A DNA stretch of 32,193 bases. Source: a virus. Lineage: Duplodnaviria; Caudoviricetes. Made by a program: the position numbers and the translations under genes. Position 1 is the stretch's first letter. Each line of letters starts with the position of its first letter. Where the stretch lies: positions 1-32,193 of the IMG/VR virus record IMGVR_UViG_3300025848_000125. One strand, given 5' to 3'. Under the pieces are notes generated by a model that was not told the origin of the DNA, searched no databases, and saw only the letters and a program-made list of their open reading frames with translations. Of this stretch, positions 14,961 through 23,358 are shown one piece after another.

Positions 14961-17273
14961 ATGAAGATCAATTTTGTTACGTCCTTCAGCAAGGACGGCT
15001 ACAACAAGTACGCAAAGAAGATGCTCCTCTCGGTCATCGAGAACTGGAGCGATGATCTTCATCTGTATGCCTACTTCCATGACTTCGATAACGATACGAT
15101 CAATGATCTTCCGTCCTCCGACAAGATCACCTACAGGAATCTGAATCTAGTAGAGGACATGATCGCTTATCGTGAGCGCATGAAGCAGTACGATGGAACT
15201 ATGGGCGGGAAGACCCCATACAACTGGAGGATGGATGCCGTCAAGTGGTGCCACAAGGTCTATGCACTTACTGACTTTGCGCTGTTCACCACTCCTGATG
15301 ATGTAAATGGCGGTCTCATCTGCTGGCTGGATGCAGACACGATCACCAACAAGCCGTTCTCAAAGAGCAAGCTTGAGGAAATTGTCCATGAGCAGGCAGA
15401 TATTGTCCATCTTGGTCGCACTGACTCGGACTACAGCGAGACATCTTTCATGGCCTTCAACATGGCCAACCCAAACGTGTCTCCGTACTTCCTTGCTGAT
15501 CTTCGCGGCTGCTATGATATCGGAGAGGTCATCTCCTATCGAGAGTGGCACGATGGATTCATCTTCGAAAGGCTCTTGAAGATCTACACGGCTCATGGCG
15601 CAAAGGTCCAGAACCTCACGCCAACTGCAAAGGGACTTGCTGCGTTCATGCAGTCTCCCCTGTCCCAGTACATGACCCACTTCAAGGGTAATCTGAAGGA
15701 GCCGCTTCCAAACACAGTTGCTCCGGATGTGTCTGCTGGTCGATACAAGAAGCTTGCCGATCTTGTTCGTACCTACTCGGATGGAAAGAAGAGCTTCCAT
15801 ATCGTTGAGGTCGGCACTTGGAACGGTGGAAGGGCTATCGAGATGGCACTTGCTGCGTTCGAGAAGGTGGACAGCGTCCACTATACCGGCTTCGATCTGT
15901 TCGAAGAAGCAACCGAAGAACTAGACAAGATCGAACTGAACTCCAAGCGTCACAATACCTTCGACTCTGTTCGTGATCGTCTCGTGCAGTTTGCAGACAA
16001 GATGAAGAAGGACAGGAACAAGATCTTCACTTGCGAGCTTCACAAGGGTGACTCGAAGGTTACACTGACCAATGCCGTGAATACCATCCCGTCTGTTGAC
16101 TTTGCATACATCGATGGCGGCCATAGCGAGACCACTGTTCTGTCTGACTACGAGAACCTAAAGCATGTTCCAGTCATTGTCTTCGATGACTACTTCTCGA
16201 AGGACGAAGATGGCAAGATTCTCGGAGATGAATATCTTGGTACAAATCGCCTGTTTGACAAGCTGAAGGGTGAGGGTAAGAAGATCACGGTCATTCCATC
16301 AACCGACAAGGTAAAGGGTGGTGGCATTACCCATCTGGTTGCCCTGCTCAATGCAGAGGGTCTGCCAGAGATCCCGAAGAACCTGCTGATGGTCCCGATC
16401 ATCGTAAGGCCACGAGATAGCGTTCCAAAGGAATACATCCTCAACAATATCGAAGAGAACATGAAGCTGATCAAGAACTGGTCCTTCGTCAAGAAGTATC
16501 CGTTCAATGAGGATAAGGCAATCATCGTATCCGGCGGTCCTTCAGTTGACTACAAGATGCTGAAGGAGTTTATCAAGGCAACTGGTTCATATGTCTTCTG
16601 CGTAAAGCACAGCTACCCAAAGCTCATCGAGAATGGCATCGTTCCCTTTGGTTGCGTGATCTTGGACCCACGGCCAGTAGATGGTGTGTCCACGCACGGT
16701 GTCGTTCGGAAGGACCTGTTCAAGGACATCCGAAAGGAGACCAACTTCTTCATCGCTTCCATGACCGATCCCAGCGTGACAAAGCTGCTGCTTGAGAAGG
16801 GGGCGACAGTCTACGGTTGGCACGCCTACTCGGAAGCGGTGCAGCAGGCAGCCAATCCACAGAACTTTACCGTGAAGGCAAAGATTGATCTGGGTGAAGA
16901 TACTGTATTCGTTACTGGTGGAACATGCTCTGCCATGAGGGCTATCGGCATGGCCCACATCGTTGGGTTCCGAAAGTTCCATCTGTTTGGATTTGATGGA
17001 TCAATTCCAGATGTAACTGAAGAGATGAAGAAGGAAACGTCCGAGAACAGGCCAAAGTACTTCAACGTCGAAGCCTTTGGACAGAAGTACTGGACTACTG
17101 GAGAGCTACTGGCAATGGCACAGGACTGCGAGCGTCTATTCCAAAAGGAAGATGTCGATATGCAAATCGAGGTATACGGAAAGAACACACTTGTCCAGAC
17201 GATCTACGATCACTCAAGGTACAAGAATGTCCCGCACTTCTCGCAGTTCTTCCATGCCAGCAAGGCAGCATGA
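14961..17273 (+). CDS. three-domain fusion: GT-A-like transferase + class I SAM methyltransferase + MptE/Maf (DUF115)-like domain
   Basis: Domain 1: KWCHKVYA, WLDAD, HFKG. Domain 2: IVEVGTWNG, GFDLFE, YIDGGHS, VFDDY. Domain 3: IIVSGGPS, VILDPRP, GGTCSAMRA, GFRKFHLFGFD. ATG 14961 after AAGGGA. Confidence 0.8.
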   Translation: MKINFVTSFSKDGYNKYAKKMLLSVIENWSDDLHLYAYFHDFDNDTINDLPSSDKITYRNLNLVEDMIAYRERMKQYDGTMGGKTPYNWRMDAVKWCHKVYALTDFALFTTPDDVNGGLICWLDADTITNKPFSKSKLEEIVHEQADIVHLGRTDSDYSETSFMAFNMANPNVSPYFLADLRGCYDIGEVISYREWHDGFIFERLLKIYTAHGAKVQNLTPTAKGLAAFMQSPLSQYMTHFKGNLKEPLPNTVAPDVSAGRYKKLADLVRTYSDGKKSFHIVEVGTWNGGRAIEMALAAFEKVDSVHYTGFDLFEEATEELDKIELNSKRHNTFDSVRDRLVQFADKMKKDRNKIFTCELHKGDSKVTLTNAVNTIPSVDFAYIDGGHSETTVLSDYENLKHVPVIVFDDYFSKDEDGKILGDEYLGTNRLFDKLKGEGKKITVIPSTDKVKGGGITHLVALLNAEGLPEIPKNLLMVPIIVRPRDSVPKEYILNNIEENMKLIKNWSFVKKYPFNEDKAIIVSGGPSVDYKMLKEFIKATGSYVFCVKHSYPKLIENGIVPFGCVILDPRPVDGVSTHGVVRKDLFKDIRKETNFFIASMTDPSVTKLLLEKGATVYGWHAYSEAVQQAANPQNFTVKAKIDLGEDTVFVTGGTCSAMRAIGMAHIVGFRKFHLFGFDGSIPDVTEEMKKETSENRPKYFNVEAFGQKYWTTGELLAMAQDCERLFQKEDVDMQIEVYGKNTLVQTIYDHSRYKNVPHFSQFFHASKAA

Positions 17274-17291
17274 TTGATCGGATAGCCAGTT

Positions 17292-17861
17292 ATGGTCAAT
17301 GAACGGCAAGAGAAGTTTGCACGACACTATGTCGTTACCCGCAACGCCACCGAGTCGGCAAAGGCTGCTGGCTATGCCGAAGGAACGGCACAGGCACAGG
17401 GATATAGACTTGTAAATAGTCCAGATGTCGCTGCTCGTATTGCCGAGCTAGAGAAGAATGGCATCTCGGATATTGATGTACTAGCCGAGATCGAGAAGCA
17501 GTACGAGTATGCCAAGAACAACAATCACACCCAAAGCGCCCTAAAGGCACTAGAGCTTCTATCCAAGGTAAAGGGTGGTATTTCTGTAGAAAACCCCAAG
17601 ACCATCAAGGAGCTTGAGGAGGATATCATCAAGAGCCTTGAGATCTTGGGCGAAGAGCGGACAATGAAGCTTCTTGTCCGTTGCAGCTTCCTCTCACGGA
17701 AGAGCGGGGAGGACGAAGAGTCCGACGATGAAGCAGATGAGGAAGCTAACAACGACGAGGGTGATGAAATCGTCACTATCGAGCATGAAGAAGATCCTCA
17801 AGAGGAAGTACCATACAATGATGAAGATGGCGAAAATGACCAGAAGACTCCACAGCGGTGA
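17292..17861 (+). CDS. terS: terminase small subunit
   Basis: NERQEKFARHYV...NATESAKAAGY HTH, KALELL, acidic C-terminal tail. Confidence 0.8.
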   Translation: MVNERQEKFARHYVVTRNATESAKAAGYAEGTAQAQGYRLVNSPDVAARIAELEKNGISDIDVLAEIEKQYEYAKNNNHTQSALKALELLSKVKGGISVENPKTIKELEEDIIKSLEILGEERTMKLLVRCSFLSRKSGEDEESDDEADEEANNDEGDEIVTIEHEEDPQEEVPYNDEDGENDQKTPQR

Positions 17862-17867
17862 TGGCTA

Positions 17868-18407
17868 CTACTGCTTCTTTCCCTGCTCTGCAATGAGCGC
17901 AGTCTTCACCTGAGAAGAGGAAGAGGACCCGAAATAGTAGGACACCACCTGCTCTGCTTTCGCGCTTACAAAGCCAATCAGGGTGCCTACAGTGGTTGCA
18001 GTCAAGGGGTCCTTCATTCCATCTACATAACCCAATAGAACCGAGAATACGGTGCCCATAAAGCCAAAGACTATAAGGAATGCAAGTGCTCGGGGCATCC
18101 AGTCCTTTGTCTGCACCTCTCGGTTGCGGGCAGAGTTCCTGTCTTCCGAGTGAAGCCTCTCGACATCGACATCCAGTTCCTTCATCTTTACAAGGAACTC
18201 GTTATTCAGTTCCTTGATACGAACTAGCTGTTCCGGACTGGCCTTCTCGATTGCCTGCCTAAGCTCTTCTGGATCGGCGTCTGGCTTTCCCAATAGAGCT
18301 TCGCTCAGCTTTGATGCCACCATTCCACCAAATGGTCCTCCAATGGCTGTGCCTAATACTGGAGCGACTGCGCCTAGGATGCCGGAAGCGATCTTGCCCA
18401 AGTCCAT
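17868..18407 (-). CDS. holin-like membrane protein (3TM/GTA-holin-like)
   Basis: GAVAPVLGTAIGGP, DRNSARNRE, two TM helices, SYYFGSS; adjacent to endolysin. Confidence 0.75.
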   Translation of the reverse strand: MDLGKIASGILGAVAPVLGTAIGGPFGGMVASKLSEALLGKPDADPEELRQAIEKASPEQLVRIKELNNEFLVKMKELDVDVERLHSEDRNSARNREVQTKDWMPRALAFLIVFGFMGTVFSVLLGYVDGMKDPLTATTVGTLIGFVSAKAEQVVSYYFGSSSSSQVKTALIAEQGKKQ

Positions 18408-18438
18408 TTGAGTTCATTCCTTTCCTTCTTTAAGTATG

Positions 18439-19047
18439 TTACTTCTTTGGCTGCGACAGTCTGGCATAGGCATTGGCCAGCTTTACATCATAGCCATGAG
18501 TAGCATAGGCTGGACCGTTGTAGCCCTTGGCAAATGCTGCCCAGTCCTTGAATCGTAGAGGCTTCAGAAGGTTCGTGGACTTGAGGAAAGACCCCATGTG
18601 CCTTAGCTGGTTAGCCTCCGACTCACATGCCTGCTCTACCATTTCCTTTACTGTAGCGCATCCTGCAAGCTTGAAATTGCTGCCCATGATCTGTCCAAGA
18701 CCCCAAGAGGTAGACAGAAGGGCAGCAGTCTCATCCAGTTCCACAGCCCTCCGGATCTCGTCGTAAACGGCGTCAGATCCCTTTGGATAGGGCTTTGTTC
18801 CCCAGACCTTGTAGGCCAGACCGGCAGCCACTGCCTTCTCCAGAAGTTCTGGCTTGCCGATTAGCTGCCTATGGAAGCAATGACGCTCAAACAGAGCCTT
18901 TGGCCTTCCTGCATTATCGAAGCCAGATCCAGCCGCCTCGACAGCAATCACAGCCCTAAAGGCTGCTGGCTCTACCTCCAGTTCCCTTGCCAGATCATCG
19001 ATTTCAGAATCCACTACCTTCAGTGCTTTGCCATTGAAAGACATCAT
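18439..19047 (-). CDS. endolysin, N-acetylmuramidase (DUF3380) family
   Basis: AVIAVEAAGSGF, LFERH, STSWGLGQIMGSN, WAAFAKGYNGP. Confidence 0.92.
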   Translation of the reverse strand: MMSFNGKALKVVDSEIDDLARELEVEPAAFRAVIAVEAAGSGFDNAGRPKALFERHCFHRQLIGKPELLEKAVAAGLAYKVWGTKPYPKGSDAVYDEIRRAVELDETAALLSTSWGLGQIMGSNFKLAGCATVKEMVEQACESEANQLRHMGSFLKSTNLLKPLRFKDWAAFAKGYNGPAYATHGYDVKLANAYARLSQPKK

Positions 19048-19054
19048 TCTTTGC

Positions 19055-22000
19055 TTATTCCTTCTTTTCTCTTACCAGTCTCTTGCGAGAAAGCTCAGCC
19101 GTTACCTTTGCAATATCATTGAGAACAGATGTTGGGTAACTCTTTCCTAGAATCATTACCCGTATGTCTTGTCTGCCAGCAACAATGTCAGGCACAAATA
19201 CATTACCACGAGCCTGTTCAAGTTCTTTAGGCACATCAGTACTGGCCTTTCCCTTGTCCGTTATTGCTGACACTATTCTACCAAATCCATAGTTCCGTAC
19301 CGCACCATCTTTGTCTTTATAAGTAATGCCGCTGAATAGATCAACCTTGTCCTTGAGATCAAGCATCGCTTCAAATTTACGATCCTGATACTTACGATAT
19401 TCATCAACAATTTTTTTGCCAAGCTCCGGACTATAGGGCTGATCTACAGTCTTCTTTACAAAATTCGTAAATGAATCATCGATAGCCTTGATTGCTGTAA
19501 TATCCTTTGAAAGATTGAAACCAATGGATTTATCCAGATTCATTGTTGTTGGACGAATACCAGTTTTTGCCCATGTTTCAATATCCCTTGAGGATAGTGG
19601 GAATCCAGCAGCATTGACACCTTCGTATAGACCACGAAGTTTTTCTGAGTCCAGAGATTCGACATAGGCTCTAATTGTTTGAAAAGTACCCGGATCAAAT
19701 GCTTTTGCAAGCTCAAGAATACCAGCTTTTACATTGTCCATCATTGGTGTTTTAGCAGCACGATCATAAATTGGTTTTCCAGTTCTCATTTCAGTACCAC
19801 TTAAAATATTGATAAGTGCTTCTGTGAGAAACTTTGGACTTGTGTATGGATCTAAAACTGAAGACGCAATTCCTTTCAGTGCGTCATCAATCTCAAATTG
19901 CTTTACTTCCTTTCCAGCAAGAACCTTTCCAGTAAGCTGTCTTACTAGAGTTACAAGTGGATCGTATGCTTCATAGGCACTAGAGGATGCATAGCGTGGT
20001 TTGATTGAGCCATCCTTTCCCTCTACAAAACCACTAAGGAAAAACTTATTACTACCCTTACCCCATTCCGGAGAAAGGGCATCAACCGCTCTCTTATTCT
20101 CCTCTGTTACACCCAATTCTTCATTATTGAGTTTAGTATAGAGTGCTGGACCAGCCAGAACAGTACTAATTCCAGCAAGACGCCTGAGGCCATATAGCAA
20201 TTGAGCACCATTGCCATTGGAAAATCCATTGGTTATATCACCAATGGCATACTTGATGACATTCTTTGATGTTCTGAAAATTTCTGTTGTGTACAACGGA
20301 TATGCACCAAATGGAAGCTTTGAAAGTTCCCTAGCAAATGGAGCAGAGACACCATATGTTGGCATGGTATTTCTAACTCTGCGCGAAGCTTCCTCAAAAA
20401 TTTCGTCAGGACTCATATTTGGAAACATCTTTTTCAACGCAGCCGTTTCTGACTGGTGAGCAAGAAGTTTCATGTAGTTATCAGGCTGTCCATATGCTGC
20501 ACCAAGTTTTTGAGTTAGCTTTGTATAGAACTTGGACAGAAAATTTGATGGGGTATCACCAAGTATGTTTGCATTTCTAACCAGAACTTCAGCGGTAATG
20601 TCAGTATCAAGGACACCCTGTTGCTTTAGTTTCTGTAGATACTGAATGGCATTCTTGTCATTTGCCCGTAGCTGTTGTGTAAGCGTATTTACATTTGAAA
20701 GCACACCCTTCAACGAAGTCTTGGACAAGATATGCCCGTTGGCTGCTAGTGTTTGAGCAGCACCAACTGTATTTAGAATGTAGGCTGGAAAATCATAGAT
20801 TGTCTGAGTTGACTGGCCAGCGGAGGCAACCTTCGCAAATACATTACCAATGCCACTGCCCAGCTTACCATTCCAGTTCCATAGATTTGTTCCGCTTGCG
20901 ATGTAGTCAGCCATCTGTGGAGTTGTAAAGATATCAGCCAGAGTCTGACCACCCCCACCAAACCTTCCAATTGATTGACGACTTACTTCTTCAAGGCTCT
21001 TGGCACCAACAAATGGCGTCGAAGAAAACTTTGTTCTGACTGATGGAAGGAAATTCAGAAGACCACCAATGTTAATGACCTTGTCTGAATTTTGATTTGC
21101 AAACTTTTCCACAGCCAAGACATACTCAATTTCTGCCAGAAGTCTGTTCTGGTTTTGCAGGGTGACGATAGCGTTTCTTACTGGGTCCTTTACTTCTCCA
21201 AGCAAATCTAGAATAGGCTTGGAAAGATCCTGTCTTTCTTTTAGAACCTTAACCATAGAACCTAGAACAAGGTTATTGTTTGACTGAACAGAGCCATCCA
21301 TTATGTTCTTTATAAAGGACTTGTTATCGCCAGAAAGGTTCATTACCATTTTTTCAATGGCATAATCAAGCTGAGCCTTCTGTTCTGCACCCGAAAGAGC
21401 CAAGAAGTCCTTTGCTTGCTTGGAAGAAGGATCAGAGGTAACTTGCTGAAGAAGATAACCCCTAGCTCTCTTTACCTTGTCAATAAAAGCAGCGTCTACT
21501 GGGGTATTTTCTGTACGACCAAGTAGCACATTCCGTATCTTTTTCAGATAAGCTGGATTGTCGGTAGATTCAAATGCTCTAGTAATGTAGATTTCACCCG
21601 AATCCTTAAATCCTACACCAAGGGCATTACTTCCCGTAAGACCAAGATCCTGATTGATTCTTGCTTCATTGCTTTCAACAATATTTCGAAACTCATCAAT
21701 CTGTGACTTCAACTGCTGTGGCAGACCATTGTCTATACCATTGTTCATGTAGGCATTGAAGTCAGTATCAGATACCTTGAATTCCTTTTTGGTAGAAGTA
21801 AGAGATCTTGCTACTCTCTTTAGTTCTAGTTCATAGGCTCTACCTGCATTTGATTTCTCAATATAGGCTTCAAAGATATCCTTTGGAAGATTTGCGCTAG
21901 ACTTGAAAGCCCTACCCAATCCAGTATTGATACGCGCAATTGCCTCTACAATCACGTTTCTCTGTTCAATAGTACCGGATGGAGTCTGGACAAGCGATGA

Positions 22001-23353
22001 TTGTGTGACTACAGTGTTTGGAGTAGACGGAGGAACAGTTAGTGCGCCATTATTTGTTGCACTACCGATACCATTAACCTTTGACTCTGCTGATGTAATT
22101 GCTCGTATAAAGGCTGGAACACTCTTGAATACGGCAGAAATTCCTCCAGCAATCATGGATGATTCAGCCAACTTCTTTAGCTTTGCCTGTGCCTCTCCAT
22201 CCTCTGGATTTATCTTCAGAGTTTCGACAATAGGTTGAAGTTCTGGAACTTCCGAAAGTAGATCAAGTGCAAGTTGCTCACCGTCTGAAAGCTGTACATC
22301 AATTGCTACACCAGTAGCAGCAGCAGCAATTTGAGAAGTTCTCTCAATTCCCTTTGCTTGCTTTTGGCTAATTGGTATATCTTTTGGCTTTACCACCATC
22401 CTTTGACCAGTAGACTCAAGAATATTTTTCTCAACTTTCTGTGCAACTTCCCTTCCAAATTGCTTGTTCACAGCTTCTGTATAATTTGTAACTGCTTTTT
22501 TAGTCAGGCTTTTTGCAAATCCAGAACCAAGCAAAAGTGTTGTGATATCAGATGCAAATTCTTCTGAAGATGTCATCTCAGAAGTTCCAGCAAGCTTTTC
22601 CTTTAGCTTTGAAAGTTCGGTAACAGCCCATGAATCAAATACCTTGTTTGCAGCTTCTGGACTCATTACCGCAAGACCAAGTCCTGCCATTTCCACTGGT
22701 GTCGCAGCCAGTTCAACCAAAGCCTTTCTTCCTACAGCAGCGACAGAAGGAGCCGTAGCAGTTTGGGCCATTGGTCTCATGCTATAGGAAAGCATTGCCT
22801 TTCTCCACCAAGGAGTGGCAGGATCTCTAAGCTCATCCATCACTTCCCGTAGAGGACCAAGCTCCTCTCTTCTGGAGGCTTCTACTTTTTCTTGAGACTC
22901 CTTCTTCTTTCTTGCCTCTTCAGAACTAGTTTCTGCCCTTTGAAGAGCCTTTGACTGCTCCTCAAAATACTGCTCTACAGTCATCTCAGGAGGCTTCGAG
23001 TAGAAAGCCCCCTCCATAGCCTGCGCTTGTTGCGCTTGCTCTGATGGAGACGCCTCTTCCTCAAGACGCCGACGACGGCTTTCCGTCAACGCTTGAATCT
23101 CACTTTCAAGTCTTTCTCTTTCAGTACGTCGTGCTGGACGCTGACCTAGAGTTCCTTCTTTAGGAGCAGTATAGAAAGCAGCAGCCATAGCATCTTGCTG
23201 CTCAGCTTGTGTTCTTTCAAGTTCGGCCTTTACTTCTTCTTCTGTAGGAGCCGGATAGGCTCTTCTCATGGCATTAAGCATTTCCTCTTCGGAAGTTCCT
23301 TGCGGAAATGCAATAGTACTTCCATCAGGTGCTTGAATTATAATGTCAGCCAT
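19055..23353 (-). CDS. large internal virion / DNA ejection protein (1432 aa)
   Basis: Size, predicted helical character and position at the end of the ejection-gene block; probable start MADIIIQAPDG at 23353, 5 nt after the upstream stop. Confidence 0.7.
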   Translation of the reverse strand: MADIIIQAPDGSTIAFPQGTSEEEMLNAMRRAYPAPTEEEVKAELERTQAEQQDAMAAAFYTAPKEGTLGQRPARRTERERLESEIQALTESRRRRLEEEASPSEQAQQAQAMEGAFYSKPPEMTVEQYFEEQSKALQRAETSSEEARKKKESQEKVEASRREELGPLREVMDELRDPATPWWRKAMLSYSMRPMAQTATAPSVAAVGRKALVELAATPVEMAGLGLAVMSPEAANKVFDSWAVTELSKLKEKLAGTSEMTSSEEFASDITTLLLGSGFAKSLTKKAVTNYTEAVNKQFGREVAQKVEKNILESTGQRMVVKPKDIPISQKQAKGIERTSQIAAAATGVAIDVQLSDGEQLALDLLSEVPELQPIVETLKINPEDGEAQAKLKKLAESSMIAGGISAVFKSVPAFIRAITSAESKVNGIGSATNNGALTVPPSTPNTVVTQSSLVQTPSGTIEQRNVIVEAIARINTGLGRAFKSSANLPKDIFEAYIEKSNAGRAYELELKRVARSLTSTKKEFKVSDTDFNAYMNNGIDNGLPQQLKSQIDEFRNIVESNEARINQDLGLTGSNALGVGFKDSGEIYITRAFESTDNPAYLKKIRNVLLGRTENTPVDAAFIDKVKRARGYLLQQVTSDPSSKQAKDFLALSGAEQKAQLDYAIEKMVMNLSGDNKSFIKNIMDGSVQSNNNLVLGSMVKVLKERQDLSKPILDLLGEVKDPVRNAIVTLQNQNRLLAEIEYVLAVEKFANQNSDKVINIGGLLNFLPSVRTKFSSTPFVGAKSLEEVSRQSIGRFGGGGQTLADIFTTPQMADYIASGTNLWNWNGKLGSGIGNVFAKVASAGQSTQTIYDFPAYILNTVGAAQTLAANGHILSKTSLKGVLSNVNTLTQQLRANDKNAIQYLQKLKQQGVLDTDITAEVLVRNANILGDTPSNFLSKFYTKLTQKLGAAYGQPDNYMKLLAHQSETAALKKMFPNMSPDEIFEEASRRVRNTMPTYGVSAPFARELSKLPFGAYPLYTTEIFRTSKNVIKYAIGDITNGFSNGNGAQLLYGLRRLAGISTVLAGPALYTKLNNEELGVTEENKRAVDALSPEWGKGSNKFFLSGFVEGKDGSIKPRYASSSAYEAYDPLVTLVRQLTGKVLAGKEVKQFEIDDALKGIASSVLDPYTSPKFLTEALINILSGTEMRTGKPIYDRAAKTPMMDNVKAGILELAKAFDPGTFQTIRAYVESLDSEKLRGLYEGVNAAGFPLSSRDIETWAKTGIRPTTMNLDKSIGFNLSKDITAIKAIDDSFTNFVKKTVDQPYSPELGKKIVDEYRKYQDRKFEAMLDLKDKVDLFSGITYKDKDGAVRNYGFGRIVSAITDKGKASTDVPKELEQARGNVFVPDIVAGRQDIRVMILGKSYPTSVLNDIAKVTAELSRKRLVREKKE

Positions 23354-23358
23354 ATTGC

